Assembly: GCA_033764955.1 (NCBI GenBank)
Contig: JANRIL010000010.1
Coordinates: forward strand, 27,754-91,753
Direction: 5' to 3'
Source: Cyanobacteriota bacterium
GTDB taxonomy: Bacteria > Cyanobacteriota > Cyanobacteriia > Thermostichales > Thermostichaceae
DNA length: 64,000 nt
Of the stretch, positions 18,556 through 28,568 are shown piece after piece. Made by a program: the position numbers and the translations under genes. Positions within the stretch are counted from its first letter, which is position 1, and every line of letters begins with the position of its first letter. Below the pieces are notes generated by a model, which did no database searches, was not told the DNA's origin, and saw only the letters and a program-made list of their open reading frames with translations.

Positions 18556-19869
18556 TTAGGGCACGGACAAAAACAAGAAAAGGGATTGCTCTAGATCGCC
18601 CACAGTCGCCCACACATCTTCTGCCATCTGAGATGGAGATGGCAACCCAGCCGCCGGCGGCGAGGAAGATGCTAGCTGTTTGGCGTGTTCTAACAAGTCA
18701 TGCAAAGTCATAGGCTGCTCTAATAAAGGAGCCAATGTTTTGACCATTGGGGCGGCAATCGTCAGTCTTCCCTGGGGTGAATTCGCCCAATTCATGCCAA
18801 AGTCACTGTTGGCTTGTGCCACCTGTTGCCAGTTATTTCGGAAATCCGGTCGCTCACTGAGAATGGGGTTAAATTGCAGCTTTCCCTGTTGCCAATCCTT
18901 CTCTTGCCAAATCCGGTCGGCAGGTCTATTGGAGGGGTGATCCGCCCATAAATCGATGAGGCGATGTGTGGGAGAAATTAGCTCAAACAGGTGCAGTCTT
19001 TGTTCGTAGCTAAGGGTAGTGAGTGCTTTTTGAACAAATTCTGGCATCGATTGAAATTGTGTGACGGGATCCCAACTCCGATAGTCTACGAGGTTGACAA
19101 AATTCAGTCCGGCAGCCTCCACCATCTGAACAATATCGGGAATACGATAGCCGCGATCATTGACCAATAAATAATTATTCAAAACATCAATATCTTCTTT
19201 GTAATTATTAGGATCCCAGCCTAAAGCTGCTTTAGTTTGGGGAGAGTGGAGAGCCTCCAAAAAATGGCGAATATTCTCCACTGCTTGAGGGCGAGGGATC
19301 TGAGTTTGTCCTAATTTTTGAAAAACTTGCTGCATTCGATACATGTGTTGACGTTGATAGATATTATGAAAATTGGCACGAATTACTCCTTCTGGTTTGA
19401 GCACCTTACGCATAGCAATCAGAGCCTCAACCGGTTCACTGATTAGGGACATGACATCACTGATGCCAATAAAGTCAAATTGAATATCTAAGCTCCCTAA
19501 ATCTAGTAAATCTAGCTGAAAAATCTCAATGTCATAATAGCCATGATAACGCAGTCGTTGCTCTGCTACTTTGACCGAATTAGGTGACAAATCAAAGGCA
19601 AAAATCTTGGCTCCAGGGTTGGAGGCTGCCATCAAAAGTGTTTGCCACCCTGATCCACAGCCTGCATTTAATAAAACCTTTCCCTCCGGAGAGTTAATCT
19701 GATGAGTTCGATAATAGTGAGCCGTTGTATAATTCATCTTAAATAGTGAATTAACAGCGGTTGTGGGAGGTGTGGAGAGGGGTAAATTGGGATAGGGAAG
19801 CTCTTCATATAACTCAAAAGAGTTTTGTGAGCCTGAACGCACCGAAGGTAAAAAGCTAAGCATAGGCAT
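18556..19869 (-). CDS. Class I SAM-dependent methyltransferase
   Basis: YEELPYP, LNAGCGSG, DLSPNSV and LKPEGVI; AT-rich. Confidence 0.88.
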   Translation of the reverse strand: MPMLSFLPSVRSGSQNSFELYEELPYPNLPLSTPPTTAVNSLFKMNYTTAHYYRTHQINSPEGKVLLNAGCGSGWQTLLMAASNPGAKIFAFDLSPNSVKVAEQRLRYHGYYDIEIFQLDLLDLGSLDIQFDFIGISDVMSLISEPVEALIAMRKVLKPEGVIRANFHNIYQRQHMYRMQQVFQKLGQTQIPRPQAVENIRHFLEALHSPQTKAALGWDPNNYKEDIDVLNNYLLVNDRGYRIPDIVQMVEAAGLNFVNLVDYRSWDPVTQFQSMPEFVQKALTTLSYEQRLHLFELISPTHRLIDLWADHPSNRPADRIWQEKDWQQGKLQFNPILSERPDFRNNWQQVAQANSDFGMNWANSPQGRLTIAAPMVKTLAPLLEQPMTLHDLLEHAKQLASSSPPAAGLPSPSQMAEDVWATVGDLEQSLFLFLSVP

Positions 19870-19999
19870 AAGTCATGATTAGAGAAAGGCAATTCAAAAA
19901 CAACCAAGAGCTAGCAGAGAAAAAGCAGTCAGCGAATCACCCAAAAGTTTAATCTTGTCTAGCTAAAATCATTAAAAAACTAGGCAACTGATCGGCTGA

Positions 20000-22900
20000 T
20001 TAGCTAAGTATATGCAATCGGGATCCCTGGGGAGAACGTTCCACCTCAATGCGATGGGGAAAGGCATCCCGCAGGCTGGGAATGTGGGTGATCACCAAGA
20101 TACAGGCAAAATCGCTGGATACGGCATTGATGGCCGCCACCAACTGTTGCCGCCCCGTTTGATCTTGGGTGCCAAAACCTTCATCAATCAGCAGGGTTTG
20201 CAGGCTGGCTCCTGAACGTTGCGCCAGCAGACGGGAGAGAGCGAGTCGAATCGCAAAGTTGATGCGGAAGGCTTCCCCCCCCGAATAGGTCTCATAAGGG
20301 CGGGTGCCTTGCGGGTCGGCAATCAGAATATCGAGGGTATCGATCAACTTGCTGGAACGGCGACCTGAGCGTTGGGTGACAAATTGCAGATGCAGTTGAT
20401 GGGCGGTCAGGCGGGAGAGAATCTGATTGGCGGTGGTTTCCAGCTCCGGTAATACATTTTCGATGATCAGAGCCGGGATCCCATTGCGCCCATAGGCATT
20501 AGCCAGTTCTTGGTAGATCAGTTGGTTGCGTTTGGCCTGTTGCAGGGATTGGTTGAGTTGAGCCTTTTGTTGAGCCAGGTGGGCGCTTTGCTCCAGTCGT
20601 TCTTGGATCCCACCCAGTTGAGAAAGCAGGAGATCCTGCTGCTGCCGCCGCTGTTGAATGATGGTCGCTAATCCTTTCAGTTGCCCCTCGGTAACAACCG
20701 GAGATTGCGCCAGTTGGTGATGCACCTGCTCAAGCTGCTGGTTGGTCTGGTGAAAGCGGCGGCGCTGTTGTTGCAGCATTTCCGCCAGATCGCTACAGCA
20801 CTCCTGGTAGGCGGGCCATTGTTGTTTGGCCTGTTGCAGTTTTTCCCATTGGTGCATCCAGCCCTGTTGCTGGGTGAGTTCGGCGCGAACCGCTTGGTGC
20901 TGAGCCACGTCATAGCTGAGGGTTTGCAATTGCGCCTCCAGATGGCGTAGGGATCCCGTGCTATCTCCCTGCGAGGGGGCGGTTTGCAGATACCGGATTT
21001 GCGCGTGCAGATGGGCTATCTCCTGATTAAGGGATCCCTGCCGTTCTTGGGCTTTTTGCAGGTCTGCCTGTTTGGTGAGTGCCCAGCGCCACCGTTCCAT
21101 CTCGGCACGACAGAGGGCATGATCTTTGTCGTTGTAGCCCAGTTGGGTTAGTTGCTGGTGCAGGTGGTGCAGGCGTTGGCGAATCTCTGCCCCAAAGGTT
21201 TCTTGCTGGAGGCTGGTGGCAATGCTGTGCAGTTGGGTTTGCCAGCTATGCAGTTGTTGCAGCCGTTGTTGCCCCGATTCCAGTTGGTGTTGCAGGCGTC
21301 CTTGATGGTGAAATTGCTCATCCAACTGCTGTAACTCGGCGGTGAGGGCTTGATATTCCCGTTGCAAAATTTCGATCTCCCGATCCGCCACCGCCAACTG
21401 TTCCCGAATCACAAACAACTGGCCTTCCAGATCTTTTTGCTCCTCCTGGTGTTTGTCGATGACCAAATGCCGCAAATCGGGGGTGAGGGGTTGGGTACAA
21501 AGGGGGCAGCTATGGAGCACCACGAGATCCCCAGCTTCTGCCCCAGGTACAGGGATCCCGATCCAGTGGCGTTTCTCCTCAAATAACTGCCATTGCCGTT
21601 GTAGGGTGCGCTGGCGTTCTTGCAGTTGGTGGACAAATTTTTGCCGTTCTTGAATTTTTTCCTGCACCCGTTGGTGATAGACCCGCCGCTTTTCCGCATC
21701 TGCTAGTTCCCCTTGCAGCGTTACCACCGCCTGCTGTACCTGCTGTACCTGTGCTTGCTGACTTTGCAGGTGCTGCACCTGCTGCTGGAGAAGCTGGTGT
21801 TGGGCTTGCAGTTGGTTCCGTTCCTGTTGCAGTTGGGCTTGGGTGGCTTGCCATTGTTGCCAGAGGGGGGTGGCCTCCGCCTGCTGTTGGTCGTAGCGGT
21901 TGAGGGCGGCTTGGGCTTGCCGATAGGCGGTGAGGGCGGCGGTGATCCGCTCCGCTTCCTGCAAAATTTGGGCATCCGCTTGGGCTTGCGCCTGCAAGGT
22001 CGCCAGTTGGTGTTGTCGCTGTTGCAACTGCTGGAGGCGTTGGTGTTGCTGCTCCCTCAGCTCGTCTTGCAGGCGTTGCCGCTCCTGTTGCAGGCTTTGG
22101 TGCTGTTGAAATTGCTGGTTAAGTTGTTGGTCAGCGGTCAGCAGCGCTTGATAGCGGCGACAGCCATTGAGGATCGTTTCCTCCTGCGCCAAGAGGGTTT
22201 CCAGTTCCTGCTGTTGCTGGTGCTGTTGCCGCCACTGGGTTTCGGTGGTTTTGAGGGTTGTCGCCAGATTGTGCAGTTGCTCCGTCAGTTGTTGGTAGTG
22301 CTGTTGCAGGCTCTGTCGCCGGGTCATTTGGGTTTGCAGGTCTTCAAGATTGGCCTGATCCGCCGCCTGCTGCTCGATCCACTCCCTCTGCTGTTGGTGC
22401 AAGCGATCCGCTTCTGCCTGAAGCTGCACCCTATCCTGCTCTTGACCCGCTAGCCGTTGCAGTTGTTCGTGGAGAGAATCCGCTTGCAGGCGGGCGGAAC
22501 GAGAGAACTCTCGACTTTTTTCGGCCCACTGTTCATAAACCCCCAGTTTGAGAATCTCGGCTAAAATCTGCTTGCGCTCCCCTGGTCGTTTCAGGGTAAA
22601 TTCGTCGGCTCGCCCCTGCCGCAAATAGGCTGAGTTGATAAAAGTTTCATAGTCTAACCGAAGCTGAGCTTGAATCGCCTGCTGCGTGGCACGGATCCCT
22701 TTGCGGGTCAGGGATCGCCAGCCAGAGGAGGTCTCGATTTGCCACTCCAGCGTCCCGGCGGATCCCAGGCTGCGGCTGCGGAGAATGCGATAAACCTGTG
22801 CTTGGGCACGATAGACCACCTCCACCTGCGCCTCTTTACAGCCTTTATGGATCAGATCATCGTCAGAAGGAGCACGACTTTGCCCCCAAATTCCCCAGGT

Positions 22901-23032
22901 GAGAGCTTCTAAGAGAGCTGATTTTCCCGATCCATTAGCTCCACAAATACAGGCCGTATGGATACTGGTCAGATCCAAAACGGCAGAACGATAGCTCAGA
23001 AACTGATGAAGTCGAAGACGAATGGGGATCAC
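20000..23032 (-). CDS. sbcC: SbcC / Rad50-like SMC ATPase
   Basis: Walker A GANGSGKS, Zn hook CPLC, signature YSGGE, Walker B LIDEGFG, long Gln-rich coiled coil. Confidence 0.93.
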   Translation of the reverse strand: MIPIRLRLHQFLSYRSAVLDLTSIHTACICGANGSGKSALLEALTWGIWGQSRAPSDDDLIHKGCKEAQVEVVYRAQAQVYRILRSRSLGSAGTLEWQIETSSGWRSLTRKGIRATQQAIQAQLRLDYETFINSAYLRQGRADEFTLKRPGERKQILAEILKLGVYEQWAEKSREFSRSARLQADSLHEQLQRLAGQEQDRVQLQAEADRLHQQQREWIEQQAADQANLEDLQTQMTRRQSLQQHYQQLTEQLHNLATTLKTTETQWRQQHQQQQELETLLAQEETILNGCRRYQALLTADQQLNQQFQQHQSLQQERQRLQDELREQQHQRLQQLQQRQHQLATLQAQAQADAQILQEAERITAALTAYRQAQAALNRYDQQQAEATPLWQQWQATQAQLQQERNQLQAQHQLLQQQVQHLQSQQAQVQQVQQAVVTLQGELADAEKRRVYHQRVQEKIQERQKFVHQLQERQRTLQRQWQLFEEKRHWIGIPVPGAEAGDLVVLHSCPLCTQPLTPDLRHLVIDKHQEEQKDLEGQLFVIREQLAVADREIEILQREYQALTAELQQLDEQFHHQGRLQHQLESGQQRLQQLHSWQTQLHSIATSLQQETFGAEIRQRLHHLHQQLTQLGYNDKDHALCRAEMERWRWALTKQADLQKAQERQGSLNQEIAHLHAQIRYLQTAPSQGDSTGSLRHLEAQLQTLSYDVAQHQAVRAELTQQQGWMHQWEKLQQAKQQWPAYQECCSDLAEMLQQQRRRFHQTNQQLEQVHHQLAQSPVVTEGQLKGLATIIQQRRQQQDLLLSQLGGIQERLEQSAHLAQQKAQLNQSLQQAKRNQLIYQELANAYGRNGIPALIIENVLPELETTANQILSRLTAHQLHLQFVTQRSGRRSSKLIDTLDILIADPQGTRPYETYSGGEAFRINFAIRLALSRLLAQRSGASLQTLLIDEGFGTQDQTGRQQLVAAINAVSSDFACILVITHIPSLRDAFPHRIEVERSPQGSRLHILS

Positions 23033-23319
23033 ACAACATCCGTGGGAGAAGCGTCGATAGAACTTTTAAGTAAAGAAAATTCAGAGATTTCGATTGGGGA
23101 TAGCAGAAAGGATACCTACTCTCTGTTTTATTGACACTGTTAATGATTACATCTGGTGAATAGCTATGTTGACAACCTACCCGTTTCTTGTCTCTTTGGC
23201 AAGATATAGGGTTGATTTCGGCTCCATGTTTTTCTCTGGGTTGCGGCCATTCCGGTGGACTAGAATAGCAGTCGATTGTTGAGCTAGATTAACCGAGATT
23301 GTTCATCTAGGAGGCGAGT

Positions 23320-24435
23320 TTGGATTCATTGCAACGCACCCCTTTGTGGTCTGAGCATCAAGAATTGGGGGCAAAGTTTGTGTCATTTAGTGGATGGCAA
23401 ATGCCCTTATATTACCAAGGCATTCTTAAAGAACATCAGGCGGTGCGCTCCCAGGCGGGAGTATTTGATATCTCCCACATGGGCAAATTTCTCTGGCAGG
23501 GATCCGATTTGCCCATCCAACTGGGTCAGTTGGTTCCCACCGATCTCTCCGGTCTGCGTTCTGGGGAAGGACAATATACTGTTTTATTAAACGAAGCGGG
23601 GGGGATCTTAGATGATGTGATTGTTTATAAACAGAGCGATACCTGCTGGCGAATGATCAGCAATGCGGCCACCTATGTCAAGGATCGAGATTGGCTCCGA
23701 CGGCATTTGCCCACGCTTGAGTTGGCCGATCTCACCCACACGCATGTTTTGCTGGCTTTACAGGGGCCAGAGGCGCTTCGACAGCTTCAGCCGTTGGTTC
23801 AAGAATCCCTCCTCAATTGTCGCCGTTTTCAGCATCGGGAAGTGACCCTAGCCCAGGGGGATCGCGAAAGCATTTGGGTGGCTCGCACCGGTTACACCGG
23901 AGAAGATGGTTTTGAAATTCTTTTAACTCCCTCAGCCGGTCGTAGACTGTGGCAAGCCCTGATGGCGGCTCAGGTGCAGCCCTGTGGGTTGGGATGCCGT
24001 GATACCCTCCGCTTAGAGGCAGCTATGCATCTGTATGGGCAGGATATGGATGAAACCACAACCCCACTTGAGGCTGGTTTGAAGTGGTTGATCACCTCCC
24101 CACTTGACTTTGTGGGAGGAACCGCCCTAGAGCAGCAAAAGCGCCTGGGTATCTCCCGTCAACTGGTGGGCTTGCAGATGCTAGATAAAGCCATCGCTCG
24201 CCATGGTTACCCGATCTTTGCGGAAGATCGCCAAGAGGCCAGCGACACCCCAGTCGGGGTGATCAGCAGTGGCACCCAGTCCCCCACCCTAGGGATCCCG
24301 ATTGCCCTAGCCTATTTGCCCCCGTCCCTTGCCAACCTGGGATCCCGTGTTTGGGTGGAAATCCGTCAAAAGCGCTATCTGGCTGTCGTGGTCAAGCGCC
24401 CTTTCTATCACAGTAGCCACCCTGCTCCCCGCTAA
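23320..24435 (+). CDS. gcvT: Glycine cleavage system aminomethyltransferase T
   Basis: FDISHMG, ARTGYTGEDGFE and GLGCRDTLRLEA; TTG start with AGGAGG RBS. Confidence 0.96.
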   Translation: MDSLQRTPLWSEHQELGAKFVSFSGWQMPLYYQGILKEHQAVRSQAGVFDISHMGKFLWQGSDLPIQLGQLVPTDLSGLRSGEGQYTVLLNEAGGILDDVIVYKQSDTCWRMISNAATYVKDRDWLRRHLPTLELADLTHTHVLLALQGPEALRQLQPLVQESLLNCRRFQHREVTLAQGDRESIWVARTGYTGEDGFEILLTPSAGRRLWQALMAAQVQPCGLGCRDTLRLEAAMHLYGQDMDETTTPLEAGLKWLITSPLDFVGGTALEQQKRLGISRQLVGLQMLDKAIARHGYPIFAEDRQEASDTPVGVISSGTQSPTLGIPIALAYLPPSLANLGSRVWVEIRQKRYLAVVVKRPFYHSSHPAPR

Positions 24436-24764
24436 CTCCCCAGCCACCGCCCTAGAGCTACGCCTATGACCAAGCCCAAGCCCACAAAGCGGACTACCTG
24501 CCAAAACAAGCTAGGGTAGGGATTAAAGCTGCCCAAATACTCCTGCATTCGGGTTTCCAGATCCGCTAACTGCTGTTGAGCCTCCGCCCACCGTTCCGGG
24601 GGAAGTTTTTCCAGTTGCGCCAGCTCTTGCAGATCTTTCCACTGACCTTGCAAGCGTTCTAACCGTTGGGCAAAGTCCTGCCATTCCTGGTCGGGATCCG
24701 ATTTCAACTCGCTCATAAGCCCAGCCACCTGCTCTCTAGACCGGTTTTTTCGGTAAATTGGCAC
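24432..24764 (-). CDS. Hypothetical protein with coiled coil and C-terminal TM helix
   Basis: C-terminus FWQVVRFVGLGLVIG; real start may be the internal Met (MSELK). Confidence 0.65.
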   Translation of the reverse strand: MPIYRKNRSREQVAGLMSELKSDPDQEWQDFAQRLERLQGQWKDLQELAQLEKLPPERWAEAQQQLADLETRMQEYLGSFNPYPSLFWQVVRFVGLGLVIGVALGRWLGS

Positions 24765-24776
24765 TCCCTCATCTGC

Positions 24777-25460
24777 CTAGCCTGGAGAACCATTCGCCTG
24801 AATGGCTGGATGCTTAGGTTTACTGGGGGCAGGTTGGGATCCAAAGCCCGTCTGCACCTCGTTAAACGATTGCGCCTGTTTGTTGGCCGCTTCCACGGGA
24901 GCCAATCCAAATAGCCCACGAATCGCATTTTCCACCTCGGTCAGGGAACGGGATCCTGTGGATTGATAGACTACCTGACCGGAGGCATCGAACAAGAGTG
25001 TCTGGGGCACTCGCCCCGTAAAATAGCGGGCTAACCCAGTCGGATCCTCAAGATCAAGGCTATCAACAGCATAGGCAACAAAATTGACCCCTAACCCATA
25101 GCGCACCTGTAGATTCGCCACCACCGCCGCATAGCGCTTGCAATCCCGGCTGTCATCGATATAGTAAACCAACAGGGAAGGGATCCCTTTGGCTTGGGCT
25201 TGCTCTAGGGTCATACGGGGAGGCAGCATCCCCCCATTCGAGCCATACAGAGCAAAAATGTTGCCATCATAGTGATCATCCGTCAGCCCCGCCCAGGCCG
25301 GACTCCATCCCCCCCAACTGCCTAGCCAGAGGAGGATAGCCAGCAACAACATCCCTAACCGCTGCCGTCGTCCGAACCCCCTAGGTTGCCTGCTGCCGAG
25401 TGGGTGAGTGGAGGACTGATTGTGGTGGTGCATAGCCTGAAAAATAACCCAAAAGAACAA
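24777..25460 (-). CDS. Thioredoxin-like thylakoid photosystem I accumulation factor (Slr1796-like)
   Basis: DDHYDGNIFALYG.NG, YIDDSRDCK and GRVPQT motifs after a signal peptide. Confidence 0.78.
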   Translation of the reverse strand: MFFWVIFQAMHHHNQSSTHPLGSRQPRGFGRRQRLGMLLLAILLWLGSWGGWSPAWAGLTDDHYDGNIFALYGSNGGMLPPRMTLEQAQAKGIPSLLVYYIDDSRDCKRYAAVVANLQVRYGLGVNFVAYAVDSLDLEDPTGLARYFTGRVPQTLLFDASGQVVYQSTGSRSLTEVENAIRGLFGLAPVEAANKQAQSFNEVQTGFGSQPAPSKPKHPAIQANGSPG

Positions 25461-25510
25461 ATTGCTTGGCTTTATTCTATCCAGGTTATGGGTGTTGCGG
25501 TTGGCTTGAT

Positions 25511-25951
25511 TTAGCTGGATAGCTTACTGGTCAAGCGCTTTGGACAGGTGGCACGAATATGAGCCTCACTCAAATCTGGCATCAGTGCCAACGCCTTTTG
25601 AGGATCGATTTGGGCATCGCACACCGCCTGCAAAATATCTTCCCCCATCAAGGAGAGGGGCTGATCCAGGGTAGCGGCGGGATCCGTATCGAGGGAGATC
25701 TGTCGCACCCCCAGGGGCGGAGGAGGCAACGTTTCGGGGGAAGAGGTTTGGGTGGTTGATGTTCCCACATTCAGTTCAACGGGGGGCTGGCCAGACTTCT
25801 CTTGAGCCAGGGCGGGCAAAGGAGAGAGGATCACGAATGGCATCCAGGAAATAGCCAAGCCTATCGATACAAAACTTCTTTTTTCTACTATCATTTCGCC
25901 CTTCCGGTGAGGATCACCGCAAAAAATTCCCCACAACTCTAAAATAACCAA
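25511..25951 (-). CDS. Hypothetical exported protein
   Basis: Signal peptide ending PALA-Q; two Cys; start uncertain. Confidence 0.55.
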   Translation of the reverse strand: MVILELWGIFCGDPHRKGEMIVEKRSFVSIGLAISWMPFVILSPLPALAQEKSGQPPVELNVGTSTTQTSSPETLPPPPLGVRQISLDTDPAATLDQPLSLMGEDILQAVCDAQIDPQKALALMPDLSEAHIRATCPKRLTSKLSS

Positions 25952-26345
25952 AACACATCGGCTTTACCCTAGGCGATGTTAGCAAAGGTTGATGTGGTTT
26001 TGGGTACTACCAATAGCTTCATCAGCTTTGTCGATCACTACCGGTAGTGATTGCAACCAAACTTCATGGGAAGCAGGGAGAGGGATACTGATGGTCAGAT
26101 CCGGGATCTGTGGGAAGGATTCTTGGTCAGATTTCTTGGCTACAGCCTCAGAAACACCCCTATAATCTCCACTATCGATTTTCGCCAGAGAGTAAATTTA
26201 CGGCATCCAGAACGGAGAGAAACTTGTTAGGATTAACCTTATCAAAATTGCATTTTATCTTTGAAGGGTGAGTTGAGTTTCAAAAAATTGGTTGTCAGAA
26301 GGATCTGCCCCTTGTTTGGTGTCATGCTGCCGGAGGTTTTTGTTG

Positions 26346-26663
26346 ATGAGCCTGCCCCGTGTCCCTCGCTCCCGTCCTCGCCCCAAGCTGCGGGCGATTC
26401 CAAAGCGCCGCACTGAAGCCGCGATTTATGCTGAATTGCAACAACTGACCATCGAAAAACAGCGGCTTCTCCAAGAACTTGAGTTTATTGAGGAACGGCG
26501 GGGACAGATCGCCGAGCGGCTGGGGGAAATTCAACAGGCGATGCAGGAAGCTAAAATCTCAGCCGAACAATTTGAACAACCCTCTGCTTCCGGCACTTCC
26601 CAAAGTGGGATCCGCTCTAGCTCTGATTCGCAGGCTTTCCCCCCCATGCTGATCGACTATTAG
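26346..26663 (+). CDS. gvpV: GvpV-like gas vesicle accessory protein
   Basis: Basic N-terminus, PK..RTEA.IY.ELQQLTIEKQRLLQEL coiled coil and C-terminal MLIDY, resembling cyanobacterial GvpV. Confidence 0.6.
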   Translation: MSLPRVPRSRPRPKLRAIPKRRTEAAIYAELQQLTIEKQRLLQELEFIEERRGQIAERLGEIQQAMQEAKISAEQFEQPSASGTSQSGIRSSSDSQAFPPMLIDY

Positions 26664-26688
26664 AAATTTCGTTTGGATAGATAAGGCT

Positions 26689-28551
26689 ATGGCTGATCTC
26701 AGCAACTTTTTTGAAGGTATTGAGCAACTGATCGACTTGGCTCAAAAGCTGGACGAGAAAAAACAAAGTGGTGAGTTGCGCACAGAAGTCAGAATTCAAG
26801 GACGCCCTCTGGGTAGCTCGATTCCGCGACATGGCTCGATTCCACGGCGGGGAGGAATCCAGACCGCCAGTGGGGGAGAAGACTCCTGGAGCAGTGAGCC
26901 GCAGGTGAAGCGAGCCACCGATGCGGAGAAAGCCCCCCCCGAACCTCCAACGGCTGCGGCAGTCGGATCGTCACCTCACCTCACTTTGCAGGATGTGGGG
27001 GGACTGCGCGAACCGCTGCAAACCCTGCGGGAATGGGTGGAAATTCCCCTGAAGCGACCGGATCTGCTCCACAAACTGGGGCTGGAGCCGCCACGGGGAG
27101 TGCTGTTGGTGGGATCCCCTGGCACGGGCAAAACCTTGACGGCGCGAGCACTGGCAGAAACGCTAGGGGTCAACTACATCGCCATTGTTGGGCCTGAGAT
27201 CATTGGCAAGTATTACGGCGAAGCAGAAGCCCGACTGCGGCAGGTTTTTGAGAAAGCCAGCAAATCAGCTCCCTGTTTGGTATTTATCGATGAAATTGAT
27301 GCCCTCGTGCCCAACCGAGCCAGCGTAGAAGGGGAAGTGGAAAAGCGGCTGGTGGCGCAGATGTTGGGCTTGATGGATGGCTTTGCCGCCCAAAAAGGGG
27401 TGATAGTTTTAGCAGCTACCAACCGTCCCGATGCCCTCGACCCTGCTCTGCGGCGTCCGGGACGGTTTGATCGGGAGGTGCTATTCAAGGTTCCAGATCG
27501 AGACGGACGACGGGAGATTTTGGGGATTCATACCCGTGATATGCCCTTGGGCAACGATGTCAGCCTGGAGGATCTGGCGGATCAAACCCTGGGATTTGTC
27601 GGGGCGGATATTCGGGGATTGTGTCAAGCAGCCGCTTATGTAGCCCTGCGGCGGCAAGTGCCCGATCTGCAAGCCCCTATTCCTGAGGATCTGCTGGTGA
27701 CGCAGACGGACTTTGCCCAGGCACTCCAACAGATTAAGCCTGCCGTGCTTCGCTCCGTCGAGATCGAATCGCCCCAGGTAAGTTGGCAAATGATCGGCGG
27801 ACTGGACTCGGTGAAGCAGGTGTTGCAAGAGGCGGTGGAGGGATCCCTCCTGCACCCAGAGCTGTACGAACATACTCAGGCGCAAGCCCCCAAAGGGATC
27901 CTCCTATCCGGACCACCTGGCACCGGTAAGACACTCTTAGCCAAAGCCATTGCCTCCCAAGCCAAAGCCAACTTTATCGCCATCTCAGGACCAGAACTGC
28001 TCAGCAAATGGGTGGGATCCTCAGAACAGGCGGTGCGTGAGCTGTTTGCCCGCGCCCGTCAATGTGCCCCCTGTGTGATCTTTGTGGATGAGATTGATAC
28101 CCTCGCCCCCGCCCGTGGCAGCTATGGGGGGGACAGCGGGGTCAGCGATCGCGTCTTGGGACAGCTTTTGGCCGAATTAGACGGGATCCGCCCCAGCCAA
28201 GGCATCTTATTGGTGGCGGCCACCAACCGGAAAGCTAGTTTGGATCCCGCGTTAACCCGTGCTGGGCGAGTTGAACTGCATTTGACGGTGGAATTGCCCG
28301 AAACCCCTTCCCGCCGCGCCATTTTAGCTGTACATAACAACACCCGACCCATATCCAGCGATGTTGATCTCGACACCTGGGCTGAACGTACCGCCGGATG
28401 GAGTGGAGCCGACCTCGCCCTCTTGAGCAACCGCGCGGCGATTGCCGCCATCCGTCGCCATCGCGCCACCGGAGTCAGTGAGGTGCAAACCCTGCAAATT
28501 CAATCGGTTGATTTTGAGCAAGCGTTTGCGGAGCTAGACAAGCAACGTTGA
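26689..28551 (+). CDS. CDC48/VCP-type double-ring AAA+ ATPase lacking the canonical N-domain
   Basis: Two AAA modules ([25 protein letters not shown] and [14 protein letters not shown]); short helical N-terminus. Confidence 0.92.
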   Translation: MADLSNFFEGIEQLIDLAQKLDEKKQSGELRTEVRIQGRPLGSSIPRHGSIPRRGGIQTASGGEDSWSSEPQVKRATDAEKAPPEPPTAAAVGSSPHLTLQDVGGLREPLQTLREWVEIPLKRPDLLHKLGLEPPRGVLLVGSPGTGKTLTARALAETLGVNYIAIVGPEIIGKYYGEAEARLRQVFEKASKSAPCLVFIDEIDALVPNRASVEGEVEKRLVAQMLGLMDGFAAQKGVIVLAATNRPDALDPALRRPGRFDREVLFKVPDRDGRREILGIHTRDMPLGNDVSLEDLADQTLGFVGADIRGLCQAAAYVALRRQVPDLQAPIPEDLLVTQTDFAQALQQIKPAVLRSVEIESPQVSWQMIGGLDSVKQVLQEAVEGSLLHPELYEHTQAQAPKGILLSGPPGTGKTLLAKAIASQAKANFIAISGPELLSKWVGSSEQAVRELFARARQCAPCVIFVDEIDTLAPARGSYGGDSGVSDRVLGQLLAELDGIRPSQGILLVAATNRKASLDPALTRAGRVELHLTVELPETPSRRAILAVHNNTRPISSDVDLDTWAERTAGWSGADLALLSNRAAIAAIRRHRATGVSEVQTLQIQSVDFEQAFAELDKQR

Positions 28552-28568
28552 CTCAGGAGTCCTAGGGA

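Noticed and set aside
21713..22453. 246-aa Leu-rich ORF
   Set aside because: Reverse complement of the Gln-rich SbcC coiled coil (CAG/CAA read as CTG/TTG).
20000..23032. sbcC without adjacent sbcD as a novel defence SMC
   Set aside because: Typical SbcC motifs and host-like composition; unlinked sbcC and sbcD is common in cyanobacteria.
23033..23319. Glycine riboswitch before gcvT
   Set aside because: No GGAGA...CCGAAG...CTCTCAGG aptamer core seen.
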